Assembly: GCA_965221775.1 (NCBI GenBank)
Contig: CBDCSU010000004.1
Location: forward strand, 576,001-640,000
DNA from: Candidatus Latescibacterota bacterium
GTDB taxonomy: Bacteria; Latescibacterota; UBA2968; UBA8231
Length of the DNA stretch: 64,000 bases
Direction: 5' to 3'
Below the pieces are notes generated by a model, which was given only the letters and a program-made list of their open reading frames with translations, was not told the origin of the DNA and searched no databases. The position numbers and the translations under genes are program-made. Within the stretch, counting starts at the first letter, position 1. Each line of letters starts with the position of its first letter. Below, in pieces: positions 61,010 to 64,000 of the stretch.

Positions 61010-62899
61010 GTGGAAAAACTCGCTTGGCTCGCGGTGTTCACACTCGGATACTGGACGTACTGCATCTACTGGGGGGTGCGCGGGGCCCGCCAGGCCCGCA
61101 CCGCGAGCGACTACTTCATCGCCGGGCGGACCATCGGCCTGTGGGTCTTCGTCCTCGCCGCCACGGCCACCTCGTTCTCGGGCTGGACCTTCGTAGGCCA
61201 TCCGGGGACGATATTCAACGTCGGCCTGCCCTACGCCTTCGCCTCCTTCTACGCCATCACCATTCCCTTCACCGGGGTGTTGTTCCTCAAGCGACAGTGG
61301 CTGCTGGGGAGGAGGTACGGATACATCACCCCCGGCGAGATGTTCTCCGACTACTACCGCACCGACTGGATGCGGGTGCTCACGGTGCTCGTGGCCATGG
61401 TCTTCTCCGTTCCCTATCTCGGCATCCAGCTGCGCGCCTCGGGCCTGCTGTTCTCGCGCCTGGTGGAGGGCACGCCCCTGCAGCAGACCTTCCTCGGCTC
61501 CATCGAGGGAGGAGCGATCCTGCTGTCGGTGGTCGTCTTCCTGTACGTCGCCTCGGGCGGCCTGCGGTCGGTGGCCTACGTCGACTGCGCCCAGTGCATC
61601 CTGCTGGCCCTGGGCATCATCGTCCTCGGCTTCGTCGCCCTCGACCTGGTGGGGGGATGGGCCGCCTTCAAGGAGGGGCTCGCAGGGCTCGCCCGGCTCA
61701 AGCCGGACATGGTGGCGATCCCTTCCCGGCCGGAATCGACCTCCTTCCTCGAACGGGCCGGCACCTTGTTCTGGGGCGCCTCCGGCGGTCCCTGGACGGC
61801 GATGATGATCCTGACCTACATGTTCGCGCTCATGGGCATCCAGTCGTCTCCCGCCTTCAGCATGTGGGCCTTCTCCAACAAGGACCCCCGGCCCTTCCCC
61901 TGGCAGCAGGTGGTGGCCTCGTCCCTGGCGATCGGAGGCATCATGTTCTTCTGCACCGCCTTCCAGGGTCTCAGCGGCTCCATCCTGTTTCACGAAATCC
62001 TGCCGGACACGGAGAAGCTCGGCCTGCCCACCAGCGAGGCGGGCAAGCCGCTGACCGACTACCTCGTGCCGTACCTGATCGGCTCCCTGGAGCGGGCGGC
62101 GCCGTGGCTGGTGGGCCTGCTCTGCGTCTGCGCCCTGGCGGCGATGCAGTCCACGGGCGCCGCCTACATGTCGACGGCCAGCGGCATCGTCACCCGCGAC
62201 CTCTACCGCCACTTCTTCTCGCGCGAGGTCAGCCACCGTGTGCAGGTCCTGATCGGCCGCCTCACGGTCTTCGTCATCGTCGCCCTGGCCCTCCTGGTGG
62301 GCCTGGCCTCCGGAGACCTGCTGGTGCTCCTCGGCGGGGCCGCCGTCTCCTACGGGTTCCAGATGTGGCCCGCCCTCCTCGGCATCTGCTACATCCGCTG
62401 GTTCACCCCCAAGGGAGTCTCCTGGGGACTGGCCGCCGGGATCGCCGCCGTCACCGTGACCTACGTCACCCAACTGGGCGGGCTCGTCGGCATCGGCCGC
62501 TACCCGCTCACCATCCACAGCGCCGGATGGGGCATCCTCTGCAACCTCGGCGTCTGCATCCTCGTCAGCGCCCTCACCCAGAACTCGAGGGAGTCCGGGC
62601 ACCGCGCCGGTTACCACGACTTCCTCGAGGAGCACACCGCCCTGCCCCCCGAGCGGCAGCGCTGGAAGAAGCCGGTGTGGATCCTCACGGTGGTCTGGTT
62701 CCTGTGCGCCATCGGGCCCTTCGCCGTCCTCGGCAACGAGGCCGACCCGTCGCGCTGGATCATGGGGATCCCCACTTTGTGGATCTGGCAGATCGCGTGG
62801 TGGATCATCGGCGTGGGGATGATGTACCTCCTCGCCTTCAAGCTGGAGATGTCCACCGTGCCGCGGTCCGAAGTGAAGGCGCTGGCCGCATCCGACTGA
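61010..62899 (+). CDS. sodium:solute symporter family protein
   Basis: DYFIAGR, ATSFSGWTF.G.PG, GGLRSVAYVD, AAMQST. Confidence 0.9.
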   Translation: MEKLAWLAVFTLGYWTYCIYWGVRGARQARTASDYFIAGRTIGLWVFVLAATATSFSGWTFVGHPGTIFNVGLPYAFASFYAITIPFTGVLFLKRQWLLGRRYGYITPGEMFSDYYRTDWMRVLTVLVAMVFSVPYLGIQLRASGLLFSRLVEGTPLQQTFLGSIEGGAILLSVVVFLYVASGGLRSVAYVDCAQCILLALGIIVLGFVALDLVGGWAAFKEGLAGLARLKPDMVAIPSRPESTSFLERAGTLFWGASGGPWTAMMILTYMFALMGIQSSPAFSMWAFSNKDPRPFPWQQVVASSLAIGGIMFFCTAFQGLSGSILFHEILPDTEKLGLPTSEAGKPLTDYLVPYLIGSLERAAPWLVGLLCVCALAAMQSTGAAYMSTASGIVTRDLYRHFFSREVSHRVQVLIGRLTVFVIVALALLVGLASGDLLVLLGGAAVSYGFQMWPALLGICYIRWFTPKGVSWGLAAGIAAVTVTYVTQLGGLVGIGRYPLTIHSAGWGILCNLGVCILVSALTQNSRESGHRAGYHDFLEEHTALPPERQRWKKPVWILTVVWFLCAIGPFAVLGNEADPSRWIMGIPTLWIWQIAWWIIGVGMMYLLAFKLEMSTVPRSEVKALAASD

Positions 62900-64000
62900 C
62901 CCGCGCACCCCTCCTGCTGCGGCTGGCCGCCGCCCTCGCCCTGAGCGCGTCCGTCAGCGCCTGGCTGCTGCCGGGGTACGGGGCGCACGGGGGATGGAGC
63001 CTGTTCCCGCCCCTGTGCGCCATCTCCGTGGCCATCGTCACGGGGCGCCTGGTCCTCGGCCTGGGATCCGCCCTCTTCGGGGCCGCCCTCCTCACCACCC
63101 CCATCGACGGCTGGAGCGCCCTCTGGCAGGTCCCGGCGACGGTAGCCGCCGATTTCGTCTGGAGCCCACTGAGCGACTCCTTCCAGCTCTTCATCCTGGC
63201 CTTCACCGTCTCCCTCATCGGCATGGTCCGCGTCGTCGCCGTAGCCGGCGGCACCCGCGGCATCGCCGAGAGCCTGGCCCGCCGGGCCCGGGGCCGGTCG
63301 ACGGCGCGGCTGGCGACCTGGCTCCTGGGCCTGGCCATCTTCTTCGACGACTACGCCAACACCCTGGTGGTGGGGACCACCATGCGCCCGGTCTGCGACC
63401 GCCTGCGGATCTCCCGGGAGAAGCTCGCCTACCTCGTCGACTCCACGGCGGCCCCGGTGGCGGGCCTCGCCGTGATCAGCACCTGGATCGGCTACGAGGT
63501 CGGTCTGCTGCAGGACGCCATGGACGGCCTGGGCACGGGGGTCTCCGGGTACGAGCTGTTCTTCCACGCCCTGACGAGCCGGTTCTACTGCTGGCTCGCC
63601 ATCCTCTTCGTGGGCGCCACCGTTCTGCTGCGCCGCGACGCCGGTCCCATGCTGGCCGCCGAGCGGCGGGCGGCCACCCGCGGAGAGGTGCTCCGGCCGG
63701 GGTCCGTGCCCCTCACCGGGGCCGGAGCGGAACGGAACCTCGAGCCGCCGGAAGGGATCACCCCCGACTGGCGGCTGGCGGCGGCGCCGGTCCTGGTCGT
63801 GGTGATCGGGGTGATCCTCGGCATGCAGTGGGACACCTGGGAGCATCCCGAGGTGCGCGGCGTTCGCGCGGAGGGGATCCTTGGCGCCGCCTACTGGACC
63901 GCCGTGCTCTCCAACGCCGCCGGCGCCAAGGTGATGTTTCTCGCCGCCGTCGCCGGGTCGGTCACCGCCTTCCTCCTGGCCGTGACCCGCCGCCGGAGCG
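62896..64000 (+). CDS. Na+/H+ antiporter NhaC-family protein (partial; start codon unclear)
   Basis: Frame read by hand: WSLFPPL, IFFDDYANTLVVG, ISREKLAYLVDSTAAP, STWIGYE; runs off the window. Confidence 0.85.
   Translation, partial: MTRAPLLLRLAAALALSASVSAWLLPGYGAHGGWSLFPPLCAISVAIVTGRLVLGLGSALFGAALLTTPIDGWSALWQVPATVAADFVWSPLSDSFQLFILAFTVSLIGMVRVVAVAGGTRGIAESLARRARGRSTARLATWLLGLAIFFDDYANTLVVGTTMRPVCDRLRISREKLAYLVDSTAAPVAGLAVISTWIGYEVGLLQDAMDGLGTGVSGYELFFHALTSRFYCWLAILFVGATVLLRRDAGPMLAAERRAATRGEVLRPGSVPLTGAGAERNLEPPEGITPDWRLAAAPVLVVVIGVILGMQWDTWEHPEVRGVRAEGILGAAYWTAVLSNAAGAKVMFLAAVAGSVTAFLLAVTRRRS

Overview
High-GC bacterial chromosomal window of about 55 mostly housekeeping/metabolic genes. 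Gene content and protein style suggest an FCB-group organism such as Candidatus Latescibacterota (inference, not verified). Recognisable genes: zapA, infC, rplC, pcm, rlpA, pyrD/pyrK, carB, nnr, a galU-like gene, a sulfite/nitrite reductase, ferredoxin, an E1 alpha/beta pair, uvrB, dnaK, tRNA-Thr(TGT), pgi, gnd, a core MetE-like gene, dsbD, aroA, rarA, cvpA, gdhA and several transporters. I see no transposase, integrase, phage gene or CRISPR array. Most notable signals: (1) tandem NrdR-like boxes over a sigma70 promoter that drives a ~75-nt terminated RNA ahead of zapA, with no ribonucleotide reductase gene nearby; (2) a TPR lipoprotein with a TonB-like C-terminus and ~19 Bacteroidota-type D-S/T-x O-glycosylation sequons; (3) a stand-alone rplC outside the S10 operon; (4) a sigma54/enhancer-type promoter for an isolated dnaK; (5) a CinA-like/nucleotidyltransferase fusion in an operon with nnr; (6) a 42-aa ORF bracketed by a repeat of the tRNA 3' end. 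All calls come from reading motifs by eye; no searches were run.
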